DNA of 64,000 nt, from positions 21,391,619-21,455,618 of the forward strand of contig OZ316892.1 of NCBI GenBank assembly GCA_973895155.1, in the 5' to 3' direction. Shown here piece by piece: positions 51,445 through 64,000 of this stretch. This DNA is from Marsupella aquatica (Eukaryota > Plantae > Marchantiophyta). A program made the position numbers and the translations under genes. The notes under the pieces are model-generated. The model did not search any database, was not told where the DNA came from, and saw only the letters and a list, made by a program, of their open reading frames with translations. Position 1 is the first letter of the stretch. Each line of letters opens with the position of its first letter.

Positions 51445-54400
51445 AGCTATGGGGGAAGAGGGTGATGACATGGAGACAGACATGGGACTTGGAGAGTGGG
51501 GTGAAGAGGAAAGATTGGATATGGATGGAGACCCAGATGCAGGGGGCTCACAGAAAAATGCACCTGTGCAGGATGCACAGGGCCCTCATCAAGTCCCAGG
51601 TAGGTGGGTAGCTAGAGAGAAATCACATAATCCATACCCTAGAAGGAGCCAGAGTTATTGGCAAGGGACGCCTGATAATTATGATGATGACTATGATGGA
51701 GCAGAAGATGGATGGGATGAATATGAACACCCAGAGCGTGGTAGAGACGGGTACAGAGGGCAATGGAAAGGTGAGGAGGATGATTGGACAAGTAAGTGCC
51801 TTGTGCTAGTGATTTTGTGATGGTAGTAGAGATTTAGCTCAATATGCACTTATCTGATGTGTAGCTAGGGCAAAGAGTTTATCTTACAGGTCCATGAGTG
51901 TGGCATGTACCTGTTGGTATGCAGACTCTGATTGGGACAATCACGAAAACAACAAAGGCCATCCACGTTCAGATAGGAGGCAATCATTCATAGGCGGGAG
52001 AAATGGCCCTAATTCATCAAGACAAAGCAATAGGACAGGTGGTCCAGAACCATCTATGCGCCAAGGGAGAGGTAACTTGGTCATTGCAGAATTGCTTTGA
52101 AGTCCAGTGTATATTTGGCAGCAGGATTTATGATTCATACTTACCTAATGGATCCTGTAAATGTGCAGGGACTCTAGGGAGGTTTGGACAATGCAATCCA
52201 AGCCGTGGAGGGACCCCAGGCCGTGGAGGGACACCTAGTAGCGCTTCAGGGAGTACCAAGGCAGGAGACAGTAACAAATTTGATAAAGTAGAAGTGAATT
52301 CCGATGGTTGGATAACTCCCACATGTGATGGTAAGAACCGTTGGCATTCTGACCTAAGAGGAGAAGTATTGCGTTGGTTAGATTTGAGCATTACAGAGTT
52401 TAGGAGTCAGAACAAAGCTGATTGGGCTGCTATCTGCAAGGACATTCTTGAACGGTGGGACTATGTTGGTAATGATGGTAAGGGCCCAGTTGAAGATTGC
52501 ATATCAGATTATGCAATGAGGATTTTGAAACAAGAGAGGCATAGGTTGAAAAGGATGTGGATAGACAATGGTTCTAACAGGAGAATGCCACCACCACCAT
52601 CATTGGAATTGGATCAATGGACACGGTTAATCAAAGGGTTCATGTCGGAGGCTGGGCAGAGCAAGAGTGAACTGATGTCAAATGCTCGAGGCAAAGTGAA
52701 ACACCTATCACAGGCTGGGAGAGGAAGTTATGCTCCAGTGAAAGAACAATTGGTAAGGCAGTGACATGCCTGATAGTAAGCCTCAAACTTATCATCTTGC
52801 TACCATTATTACATTTTCATTGACAATCAACACTTGGTTTCATTCATATGTATGTTGATGTGGACTGCAGAAGAAATTGACAGGTGAAGAACCATCAGCA
52901 CAAGAAGTGAGAGAGGAGTTAATGAAACAAAGGAGTGAGGTGACAAGTGTGACTTCCAAACAGGTGATTATGTTGTAATTCTGTATGTTCTGTGACTATT
53001 TGGCCTTCAACATCAGAAAGAATTGTAGTAGGAAGTAAGCAACCAGTTCTTGGGGACAATTATCTGAGATATGTAAGCTGTGTTATGACAGGGAACTGTT
53101 ACAACTCTCATAGAGATGTGTGAACGGTTGAAGTCATTAGAGTGTGGACTCCCTCGAGTGGAAAGTAAATTGACTGATCGTTTGGATATTGTGGAGGCAT
53201 CTGTAGCGAACCTTCTTGCATCAGTGGAATCTAATTTCAAGCTTGTGATTGAAAAATTGGGTGGTTCCCAACCAAACAATGAGGGCAACATTGTACAAAG
53301 TGTGCCCTTGTTAACAAAAAAGGGAATTGGCAAATCTGACACAGGTATGGAAATGACACCGGCCCATTGTTCATTGTGTCCTATGTTCAAATGTTAGAAG
53401 TAAGTTTTCATGAATTGAGTGAATGGTTTGAATGCAGGAAGAGTGGAGGTAGAGAAGGACCCTGTAATCAGTAAGCAGAATGGCAAAAAGGTTGCTGAGA
53501 CAGGTAACCTACTATGATCCAGTACATCACATTTGAAAAGTGCATGGAGTTTTGTGAAGCTTAAGCCGGTTGGAGGTAATCTTTTCTGTAAGAACTGATT
53601 GGATCAACTGGGATCTGAAGTGACATCATGATTGATGTATCAGGTGATTCAAAAGAGCAATGAAAAAGATGTGCCCAGTGCCTCAGTGACCATAGCCAAG
53701 GAGGTATCAGGTAAGCTGATGCTTTAAATTCCTCTCCTACCATTGTTGAGAAACAATTCAGTGGTTAATAGATTGAACCTGAATATTGTGGTGTGTTTAT
53801 TGATCAGCAGAAGCAGACATGGAGGATATGGCAATGGCAAAGAAGGGGAAGAAGGCTGTTCATAATGGTAAGGAGATAGTGACAACTTTGTGGTTGGTGA
53901 CATGTACATGGCGCACATGTGATGAGTGATTCACTTATGTTGGACAATGCACTGAATTGTAGTTGATGCAGAGTTGACAGACTCTCAACCAAGTGGGAGC
54001 AGGGTGAAGCAACGTCGAAACTTGGGAGCAACATTGGATGCAAGTAAGATTGTAGATGCTTCAATTGAAGCAAGTACAATGTTGGCAGATACTGAGATGA
54101 TGTCGCAGGCAAATCCTGCTACACAATCGGAAGTGTCAAATATGGATGCAGATTCTTTGAAGAAGAGTGTAGCCAATTCTCGATCACCAGCACAAAACAC
54201 TCGTGCCAAAGTCATGACTCGCAACCAAGGTATGAATAATGTCATGTATAAGCCACCTAGGAAAGCCAAGAAAAACAGCCAGGGTAAGGTGGAGGTGATA
54301 GCCACAGCAGAGCCAGTCCATAATCTTCTATCATGGGAGGATGACTCGCAGGTATGTGTGGGTACAGGCATTTTGCGACCGGATCATGCTAAATTCCATG

Positions 54401-54567
54401 GCAAAGTGGTCCCGGATGACCATGTAGTAGTGTTGTTGACTACAGTGATTGTATCTGATTGTAATTTGCCATTTCCGAATAGAGACGATGATCCACCTCA
54501 GGAAATAATTGCAGATGCAGTAGGATCTCTTGTGCTCTGGCCATCAGAGTGTGTTAGTCTGCAGTGA
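51445..54567 (+). CDS. CACTA C TnpA-like multi-exon gene (Transposase_24-like region and C-terminal Transposase_23-like region)
   Basis: PPSLELDQWTRLI..SELMSNARGKV..GRGSYA (52170-52752) and FHGKVVPDD..LPFP..IADAVGSLVLWP (to 54567); many small GT-AG exons. Exact structure and intactness unresolved. Confidence 0.72.
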
Positions 54568-57370
54568 TTGAATACAAGTGTAGATAGAATCATGTGAATT
54601 GTGTTACATTTTGACATTGCCTTGGAAAGATCCAAGAAATATCTGTACCAATCTTTCCATTTGGTAAAGAGGATGAAGGAGCCGTTGTGTGTGACATTGA
54701 TATTTCTGAGTTCTGTATGTATGAAACAAGTGATTGATGTCAAACTATGGCTCTATGGTGATTGTCTATGATACTTGAATCTGTTTTGTATCATTTCAAT
54801 ATTAGTGTGTATGGTATAGACAAATGCTTTGTGACCTTCTTTGTAGTCTATGATGTTTGAATCTGTGAATTCATATTAGTGTACATGAAGATGGCTTTCT
54901 GAAAATTTGTGTGAGGTTCTAATGTTAACATGGTGAATGGTGACCTTATAGAGTGAGTTCATTCCAAGTACACAATAAAACATGAATGGAATGTGTTATT
55001 TGTGCACAAGAGTGAGTTCATTCCAAGTATATAGTGGGGTCTTCATCACTCATTTCCAGTTGACATGAAAGACTTGTACATACCCCACAAAGTGTCTACT
55101 TTAGTCGTTTTATAAACCCACAAAGTATACTTAAAGACTACCCTCCATAACCTTTTGAGTCATTCCCAACGACTCACCATCGCAGCCCATAAAAGACTGA
55201 AAAAGACTCACCAAACCTACCCACACAAAGACTACAATAGACTGAAAATCCAGTCTATAAAACGACTTATAAACCAGTTCTATAAAGGACTCAGTTGATT
55301 ATAGTAACAAAACATACGACTCATAGTCCTATAAAGGACTGGAGTCCTTCCCAGTCATCTCCAAGTCCTATACGGTACTGAATAGTCGTTTAATGGGGTC
55401 TAAATACCCCCCGATTTCTACTAGTGAGGGCACAATAGGGTTTGGTACTTTTCCCGACTAAAGTACGAATGTCTTTGTATCAGGCTTGGTTTCGGATGCA
55501 ACTTGGGAGGAGCTGCCGAGTGAACACAAAGCGGAGGAGCACGCATTGGAGGTCGAGGCTATGGAGGGGAATGGCACGGATGGGGGGGAGGAGACGAAGC
55601 AGCCAGGGTGGGTGGAGATGGAGCAGGGCCATCGCAGCAGATCTCGGACATTATGGCAGAGATTTTCAAGAGGCAAGCAGGCCTGTCTGCTGAAGCTGCG
55701 GCCATAGCAGCTCAATTGACCCAGGGCCTGATTGACAAATCCAGGCAATCTGCCATAAGTGAAGCAGAGAAGGCTTTCATGGAGAGGCTAGAGAAAAGAA
55801 AGGAGAAAAAAAGAAAGAGGAAGGAGGAGAGGAAAGGCAGGCCAGTGGAGGCCCTCTCACCACAAGAAAGAGAGAAGAGGCTTAGAAAGGAGGCTCGAGC
55901 TGCAGAGAGGGCAAGGATTGAGGAAGAGAGGCTACGAGCAGAGGAAAGGGCCAAACGGCCAAAATTGTTCATTAATAAGGGAGGAGCTCCGATGACAAAG
56001 AGCTACAATTTGTTCAAAAGTCAGCTAGGGCAGGTGTTGAGGGCAAATTTCAGCCCCTTAGACTACTGGGGGAAGAAGAAAGAAGAGGAGAAATTTCAAG
56101 CAAGGGAGCAAGTGAAGGAGCGATTCTGTAATGGCTGCTTCTTGGATGATCGATGGCTGAATAAGGAGATCTCACGTTCACTTTCAGATAGACGTAATAA
56201 TGTGAGAGAAAAGATGAGGAAGTACCTGGCAGATTGTAAGGAGGAGGCAGAGATGATCAGGCAGAGAGATCCCTCGGATGAGATACCAGCTGATGCCTGG
56301 TCTGCTTGGATTGATGCTGAGCTACAGGTTCGTGCTTGGCAAGCGAGACGTCACTGGCAGGCTAAGCTCGATGAGGCAGAGAAGAGGGTCCTTTCAGGAC
56401 AGACTGTTGACATCCCCCTCCTACAGCAAAACTTAATGGAATGGGAGGCCAAATTAGCACTGCTTGGAGACCCTCCACTTTACATTCAAAATGCAATTGA
56501 GAGGGTGGAGAAGAGGCCTGCAGTTACTCACTGAATGGGGCAGGGTGGAGCGCATCGTCTCAAAGCAGAGTTTGTGAGTCCTCTGCTCCCCTCCTCCTTG
56601 CTCGCCTCCTTGCTGACTTTGCACCTTGAAATTGGGTCCTCCCTCTCCCTGATCACCTCAGGCACAACCTTGGCTATGCCTGCATAAGTCCTCCCAGACC
56701 TCCCCTCTTATCCCTGTGCGTTTGTTATCGAGTATGTATCGCAAGTTTTGATGTGTCCTTACTTTTTTTTCTGTTTCCGATTCTATTCCGATTGCTGAAG
56801 AGTCGGAAATGGAGTGGGACTCTCTCTTATGGGTTTTGGACGCAAGGCTTCCGATTATGGTCCGATTACCTGAGAATCGGACCCTGAATCGGACCTTAGG
56901 TTTTGGGGTTTAGGGTGGAGGGGTCCAATTAGGGAAGCATCGGAAAAATTCAAATTTTAGAATATTTGACTGTTTTAGGCACGCCGGGCGGTTTGCTTTT
57001 TTTAAGGAGTGTTGTGACGCCGCCGGTACGGCGGTTAATGAGTGATTCAGTCTAACTGCGCTCGGCACGCGCGTTAGGTGGGTCTTAGGCCGCTATTATT
57101 AGCATAACGACAGTATTTAGGTAATCATTAGGGGTAGGACATCATTAGGCAATAAGGGGGACTTCAGGTTCGGGCTGGCGGCGGGTCGCTATTCGCACAC
57201 CCGGGTTACGAGCGTGGAAGGGCCCCTCCCTCGGGTCCGTATAACGAACTTAAGGAAGCGGCCACTGACGCACACTGACTCGGACCGGCGGAGTGGCCAG
57301 TACACCACAAGCGTGAGCGGTTCAGCCTATGGGCGTCGAGGAGACGTCGGGGATCGATAAGCCCTCAAAG

Positions 57371-57377
57371 TATAAAA
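57371..57377 (+). promoter_or_regulatory. Putative TATA box of family X
   Basis: TATAAAA followed by GGGG and a CT-rich leader, ~108 nt before ATG 57479; conserved in copy 1 at ~5336-5343 (minus strand). Confidence 0.6.
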
Positions 57378-57478
57378 GGGGAGCCAACCCTTTGTAGTGC
57401 ACCAGTCCATCAGTCCGCACGCCAGCTTCGACCCTAGCTCTCTCGTTCTCTCTAGGTCGCCACTACTATCTCCTGTGA

Positions 57479-60133
57479 ATGTCGCACACAATCCTCTCCA
57501 GCTCGGCCATTCGATTCTGGACGCAGTTCCTATCTACCGGAAGGCACTTGGCCGATTCATTGAAACACGCCAACCCGCGCTGATACGAAATCGAAAGCGA
57601 ATACGAGAGAGCCATCCGCCTAGCAGGACGACACCACTACATCCTTAACTTTGACTACCCGTCTCAGAGCGAGCTTTACCGACCAGCAGAGGTATCTGGG
57701 TACTTCTTCAACGGAGACAAATATATCGGGTTCTGGGAAGCATTGCTTCGGCTTCCGGACGAGGTCTTCAACATCCCGGGTACAATCGACCTGCAGTGAC
57801 ATCACTTCGACCACATCCCTGCCCAGGTTCGAGCTATCATTAACGTCGAGTCCAGTACCAACCGTTTGACAAGGGCGTCCGCACTCGCTTCGGAGAACTT
57901 CTACCAGCACCTGCAGAGCTTCATGGGAACTCGGCCATCGACCAACATGACCAACTCAGCCATGCCCGTACCCGTACCCGTGCCCATGCAACCCCAGCCT
58001 CAACCTCAGGCTCAGCTTCAGCTTCAGCCTCAGCCGCAGCCTAGCCAAACCCCACCACCTATCACCCAGCCAGCACAGGTACGCTCCGTCATCAACGCTG
58101 TGGATCTTAGCGATGACGACGAGGCTACCCCACCCTTGACCAGGCGGCCCAGAGGTACAAGCGCTCGGGGGGCTGACACTATATCGTCCCCACCCCCTGC
58201 TCTGACCCCAGGAGCGGCCCCAGCAAACAACATGGTGACCGTGGCCGCCCCGGGCCCGTTACCAACGGCAGTGGCACTCCCCAGGCCCGATCGGGAGGAT
58301 GGGGAAGTATCACCTTCCCCGAGTCAGTCACGGGGAAAGAAGAGGAAGGAATCCGCCACTGCATCCGGGTTACCGTTGGCCACGGTAGCCGTAGCCAAGG
58401 TGACGATGCACCGCATGGGGGAAAACGTTCACAGCAACATCCTCCATCCCAAGCATGCGGTGTACCTGAAGACTCAGGGATTTGAGCACCTCGCCTCTCT
58501 CCCCTGGAACACTTGCAGGTACTACGGGGAGGACATGACAGAATTTGTCAAGAATTATGACGACGTACGTCAACAAACTCGGTTGCGGGGAAGGAATATG
58601 TCCCTCACAGAAGAACGGCTCAAGATGATCTTTGGGTTACCCGAAGGTGACCATCGAGTCGAATCACGGGCTCCCGGGGGCAAGGGGGCCAAGTACCAAT
58701 CTTCAAGTTTTCCCTCAGAGGGAGCAGTAGACAACGGGTTCGTGATGAGGACCTACCTCATGCCCGAGATAGCTGAGCGGCTGGAGTTCCAAAGGTACGC
58801 TCTCCACATGATGGAACCCCGGGGGGAGATCTCCGCTGCCCAGGTTATCCAGGTCGAGAACTATCGACCTAGGAAATGGGCGTCGTACTTCGCTAAGAAA
58901 TTCCATGAAGAGATGGAGCGGCGAAGGAAGACGCTGTACATTGGCGGGAAGGCGTATTTCGCTAGCCACATCGAAATCATTCTTGAGTGGTACGCCCGGT
59001 TTGATCGGCAAACCCTTCCCCACATCAACGTTACAAAGCTGGTCCCAGCTAGATGGGTTTTTCCGGCATTGGAGAGACGGCCCCAACCCGAGGCCCGAAG
59101 TCCAGTGGACACGCCAGCTTCACCCACCCCACCTCCACAAATAGCTGTAACCGTAACCGAGGAGGCGCCGGAGGGGTCGGTCATCACAACCGTTGATGCG
59201 ACCCAACTAGCCGGGCTAAGTACAGAAGTTGGTACGGCAGAGGTCTTACCCGAACCCGGGTCTCCCAAGGACCCACAGGTGGCAATTCCGGAGAACCGGA
59301 CATCGCTGCAGGAGGACACTCCAGCCCCTTCCAACGTTATGTCCCCCAGGCTGGACGTCATTGCCCCAGCCCCTGCGCGTGTTGACGTCTGCCCGTGCCC
59401 AAATCCGGACAGGCACAACTTGGACCACCTGGAACTCTTCGTACAGGGTACGTTCCTGAACGGGCTTCTGGGAGATTTCTCTCATCAAATTGCCCGGAAT
59501 ACCGGGGAGTTCATGGCCCGGAAAGTAGCCTGTTTCTTCAATCAGGAGTTGGTTGCCACCGTAAAGGCAGGTCGGGCCCAGTCGGAGGCCCTTCAGAGGA
59601 TAGAGCGGTACCGGGTGGAGTCCATGTACCTAAAGAACAAAGTGGCGGCTCAAGAGGCTGAGCTTCTGCAACTACGACCCAAGGTTGCAGCCGCCGATGA
59701 GTTGTTAGCAAAGGCGTACGCTCTTACCGCCCTAGCCGAACAGGCCAAAGCTGGGAACGAGGCCGAGATTACACGACTCCGGAACCAGATTGACAGTTTG
59801 AAGACACAAGCTGTCACCTGGCAGAAAGACCTGGAGGAGGCCGAGGAGCGAGCCCAGCGGGACACGGCGGAGATAGCCACGCTGCAGGCCGAGATAGCGC
59901 GGCTCCAAACCGAGGCCGAGAAGTAGGATCAGCTGGCGGCTAAACTGACGAGCGACGCCCAGCAGCTGGAGGAGGCATGTCAGGAGGCAGCAGAGGAGAC
60001 GGACGCGGCGAGGCGAGAGAACGAATCTCTGCTGGACCAGGTCCAGCTCCTCAAAGCGGACAATGACAGGCTTCGAAGGCAGCGGGATGGCCGTTCCCAT
60101 TTGGGCGGCTTTGGCAAGTGTGCCAGGCATTAG
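57479..60133 (+). pseudogene. Family-X protein (~880 codons ancestral; 686-aa open stretch 57866-59926)
   Basis: GFEHLASLPW..EFVKNY..RGRNMSLTEERLKMIFGLP resembles the plant transposon PMD/Transposase_32-like pattern; C-terminal heptad coiled coil; a few stops. Confidence 0.8.
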
Positions 60134-62639
60134 CAGCGGAGTAGGAATAGATTAGGATTAGGATTGGCTTAGTCAGGCTCTTGGGACAGGCATCTGCCTT
60201 AGGTACAGCAGTGCTGCCCTGCTGTCCAGCCTGCGTAGATTAGGATCTTCTAATAAGACACAACCGTTTTCCGGCCTGACTGTCAGCTTAGTTAGGACCT
60301 TAGTCAGCGAATCTTTGGTGAGAGGACACCCCGTCCCTCGGCTCTTAGTATTTAGTGCACCCCTCGGTAGAGGCAGGGGGGGTTTTTAGTTTCAGAGTCG
60401 GACATCCGCGGGATATGCGGGGAGTCCCGACCTCTGGGAATGAAAGAGTACCAAGGGGAGGGGGTAGGACTAAGCTCGCCGGGCGAGTGCGGAGCCGGGC
60501 TCCGTTGTAGTGTGCACCCTCGGCCTTGAACCTGTTCATTCCAGGGCTGTCGGGTCAACTAAGTGTACGCATATGTCCCCTTTGTAGTAAAATCCTTTCC
60601 CATCATTTTCCTTCGTGTAAATCGAGATTGTATGCATGTGTGCGCATATGTGTGTGGGTTTCTCGTATATGGGTGGCAGCGCCAAGCCGAACGCACTACC
60701 CGAGACGTGCACAGGGTGCAGCCTGCGGGTAAGTGGTTGCGAGCACGGGTTGGGGACCTGTATCATCGAATCTGGATCAAAGGCGGACAGCACGAAGGCT
60801 TAGAAGCCCTTAAGCCGGGGTCGATCCTGCTATCGACTAAGGTAGTTCCGGCGGCGGAACACAAACCATACCTAGGAGGTGTCCGTATTTAGCAATAGGC
60901 ACACTTAGCGCTAGTTTACGAGAATAAGGTGCATTACGTGCTTCCCTTCCTGCCCGAACCCTCAGATTTACGAGGGATGTGCCCGTCTAAGCTGAAGTCT
61001 GAGTTAAGGCCGAAGCCTACGACGTGACAAGTGTCGGGCTTAGGTTGTTGTTGCTTTTTGCGATAGTTAGGCCACGATAATAAGGGAGTATTTTATATAG
61101 GTAGAGTGGGTAGTGATACCCATGAGTTGAAAGGGATGTGGGGGTGTTAGGGAATTTTTCTAAGTAATGTGTGGGGCTAGGTAGGGATTATTATTCATTA
61201 AGTAATGTGGGGGATTTGGTAAGGATTAACTTTTAAAATAATGTATTTCAAGTAATGGGGGGTTTCAATTTTATTCTCATTTGCCGGGGAGGGGGGTTAA
61301 TTATTATCTTGAGTATGGTGCAGGAGCGAGAGCATGGACGCCCAATCTTGCCGCCTGAGAGAGAGTTGGCTAAGAAATTTGGAACGCGGGCTCTGAAGTT
61401 TCACATGCAGGACGAGTTGGGGTCGGTAAGTATATGCACAATTGAAAACCATATTTCTAACCTTTGAATGCAACATGGTTATAATCACTCCCTTGTAGGT
61501 CATTTGCAACACTAACACTTGGGTTGATGGTTGCTTACATGTATGTAGGAGTCAAATGAGGAGTCAGAGGGTTTGGACTCAGCCGAGGAGGGTTCGGGGG
61601 CCTCAGATTCAGAGTCTGAGGCTGAGGCTGAGGAGGGGAGTGTGGCACCCACCCCTGTTCGCTTGATTGGCGGCGCATCCCGAGGGACTCAAGGTAGTCA
61701 TTCCAGACGGAGGACTGGTGGTGATGTAGGTGGCCGTAGAGTAGCAGGAGGTAGTGGGGGTGCTACAGCTGCTGGAGGTGGTGTTGGGACAGGTGGTAGT
61801 GGGCGCCGGGGAGGTTTTGATCGATCTGCAGGTGCTGGTGGGCGGGGTAGTACTGGGGCCCATAGTGGTTCTCACAGGCCCGGGTCTGGTGGGGGGGTTG
61901 GTAGTGGGCCCCATGGTGGTTCTCACCGCCATTCAGGGGTTGTTGGCGGGAATGGTTCTCGCCGTTCAGGGGCTAGTGGTGGAGGGGCTAGTGGTGGAGG
62001 GGCAAGTGGGGGTGGGAGCACTGCTCGTGGTCATTCAGGGGCCAACAGGGTGAGTGGGACTGCAGTTGGTGGCATTGGTGATGGGACTCCATCTCATCAG
62101 TCAGGGGCTAGTGGAGGTGCAGGGTCTCACCACTCTGCAGCCCAAGGGGGTAGTGGAAGTGCATCATTTCATACTTGCTCCGATGCTGGGGGTGTTGCAG
62201 TGCCTTCTCATGACTTAGAAGGTGATGTTGGTGACGTTGGTACCGCGATAGCTCCAAGCACCACAGCTGCAACTGGATCTCATGCTGTCATTGATAGGGT
62301 CCTAGGGTTAGTGCCAGATGCCACTACCCGACCAGAGAGTTATCGCCCTCGTGCCAAGAAGAGGAAGGGAGGACATGCACCAACATATGGATAGGCCAGG
62401 TAGCTTAGCATAGGACCATTTGTAGGTAGGCCGTGATGCCATGCAGGTTGAGATGGATTATACACTTGTACATGTAAAGGTTGTACTTTCCATGCTAGAG
62501 GAAGCCATCCTCTTTTGTATATATAATGGCAGGGGTTTTCCCCCTTTTGAGTCTCACTACCATTCTTGCTACCCATGCTCACTTCCATGCATCCCAACAT
62601 TGTAACCCCCACACCCCCAAAATTAATAATCAGAAATTT

Positions 62640-63868
62640 ACCCCATCAATTATCCGATACTCCTCCGATCTTAAAACTATCAAAATGTCCAATTCTCTAA
62701 AACTCAGAATTTGCCATCCCCAGAGAATTGATCTTTCCGATACCCTCAGTTACGGTCTTTCCAATACTTCTACTAACGGTATTTCCGATATTTCTAACGA
62801 CAGTATTTTCGATCCTCTTATTTACGGTCTTTGCGTAACCTTTTGCTACGCAATATGCAATATTCATAGTTACCCAAATTCCGATTCTCTACATATCGGA
62901 AGTGTATCGAAAACACTCGGCTTGTGGGCCGCCTCCCCTCTTCCATTTCCGATTTTATGAACATCGGATGGCTGTTTTTCCGTTATTGTCAAGTACGCAA
63001 AGTGCGTTAATTTTAGTATCGCAAAGTCCGATTATCTTCCGATTGTCATTATCCGATGGGTTGAGTATCGGAATTTGCGATACATTTAGAGTCGGATGAG
63101 ATGTTTTTCTTGGAAAATTTTTACAAAGGGATCCGAAGGTGTTCGTATCGAAAATTGGCCTCATAATGTACTAGTGAATTTAACCAAATTTGGCCCATTT
63201 CACCATGAAATAACCGTAAATCCTCAAATACCAACCCCATGAGGCCCACTCTTCTATCAAGAAAGAATCACCCTTGTCCGTTACTAGTCCAATGCAATAT
63301 ACATCGGAAAAACACCTAATTATCCCATGCTTTCAGTATCGGGACATCCGATACTATGCTCTTCAAAAAGTCCTATACTAAACGCATTGGACCCCTCGTC
63401 CAGCAAGCATGACAAAAATCCAATGTCCGATACCGACCACTTCGGACCATCCAATATAAAAACAATCGGATTGTCCGATACATGCAACATTGGACTTTCC
63501 AATCTGTATTCCAACGGATGTTGCGATACTAAACGCATCGGAAACTCTGATGCTATAAATTATGCACATTGCAAAGCTCTAGGTAACGGAAATTTCAATA
63601 TGATATGTATCAGACGCCAAGTTTTGCGATTAAGGTCACCCAAGTAGATATCCGACTCTCTTTGCATTGGATACAAAATAGTCCAAAATGGTTTGCTTCG
63701 GAAATACCGATGCAGAGAGAAACGGAAAGTCCGAAGGTTGGTGTCCGATATGTGGAGAATGGGAACATACAAAGCGGGTTACATCGGAAGTACCAAATTT
63801 AGTGTGCAACTTTCGTGAAGGGATCCAATGGAGATGGCATCGGATAAAGGCCCAAAAATGTACTAGTG
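62640..63868. repeat. Right subterminal TCCGA/TCGGA arrays of B (to 63176) and A (63180-63868)
   Basis: Dense TCCGAT/ATCGGA motifs leading to each TIR. Confidence 0.85.
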
Positions 63869-64000
63869 ATGACTCATGCACTGGCAGAAGAGGCAGCATG
63901 GCTAGAAGCGCAAAAGATAGACAGCTTTGAGATGCAAAAAACTAACCCAGGATGTGATTATTAGTAGGAAATTGTGACCACCTCCAACTGGCTGTAGCTC

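Larger units (their letters stand above)
38570..55426 (+). mobile_element. CACTA transposon C (different family), nested in B
   Basis: TIR CACTAGTAGAAACCGGGG..ATTTAGACC matches the reverse complement ending at 55426; flanks AGA/AGG (2 of 3); AAGACT/GACTC-rich subtermini. Confidence 0.9.
57013..61029 (+). mobile_element. 4017-bp TG..CA element, family X copy 2
   Basis: Ends TGTGACG...CGTGACA; perfect TSD AGTGT 57008-57012 / 61030-61034; no internal LTR pair. Confidence 0.93.
55571..62394 (+). pseudogene. CACTA B TnpA-like gene; first intron contains the 4-kb element
   Basis: Exons ~55571-56573, 61324-61425 and 61549-62394 are homologous to 29638-32017; TGA at 56532. Confidence 0.72.
32190..63176. 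mobile_element. CACTA transposon B (relative of A), nested near the right end of A
   Basis: CACTAGTACATT at 32190 and AATGTACTAGTG ending 63176; TSD AAT/AAT; same gene order as A. Confidence 0.92.
7421..63868. mobile_element. CACTA/En-Spm transposon A (outer element)
   Basis: TIRs CACTAGTACATTTTTG at 7421 and CAAAAATGTACTAGTG ending 63868; TSD ATG/ATG; TCCGA-rich subterminal regions; TnpD and TnpA-like genes inside. Confidence 0.92.

Noticed and set aside
56895-56935. TTTAGGG telomere-like motifs
   Set aside because: Only isolated, degenerate units; no array.
1747-61029. The two family-X units as paired LTRs of one giant element
   Set aside because: They are in opposite orientation and each has its own distinct TSD.
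61573-62394. Host glycine-rich protein gene
   Set aside because: It is the last exon of the B TnpA-like gene, equivalent to 31277-32017.

Overview
This is a eukaryotic, land-plant-type heterochromatic window made almost entirely of nested transposons; I recognise no intact host gene. Three CACTA/En-Spm elements are delimited by CACTAGTA TIRs and 3-bp TSDs and nest in each other: A 7421-63868 contains B 32190-63176, which contains C 38570-55426. A partial inverted C-family copy occupies 1-~5905. A Ty1/copia element (22089-27385) and five TG..CA inserts with 5-bp TSDs but no internal LTR pair are also present. Main unusual points: (1) A and B carry a SET-domain exon inside the first coding intron of the transposase gene; the transposase-associated Cys/His exon can splice in frame either to SET or to TnpD. 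(2) C carries an EDM2-like composite PHD gene, a tandem BRCT gene and an F-box gene upstream of its transposase. (3) Four 3.9-4.7 kb TG..CA units from three diverged families each encode one homologous protein of roughly 900 aa or more with no gag/pol; they are either protein-coding solo LTRs or a non-autonomous element class. Domain calls come from motif recognition by eye, not database searches.
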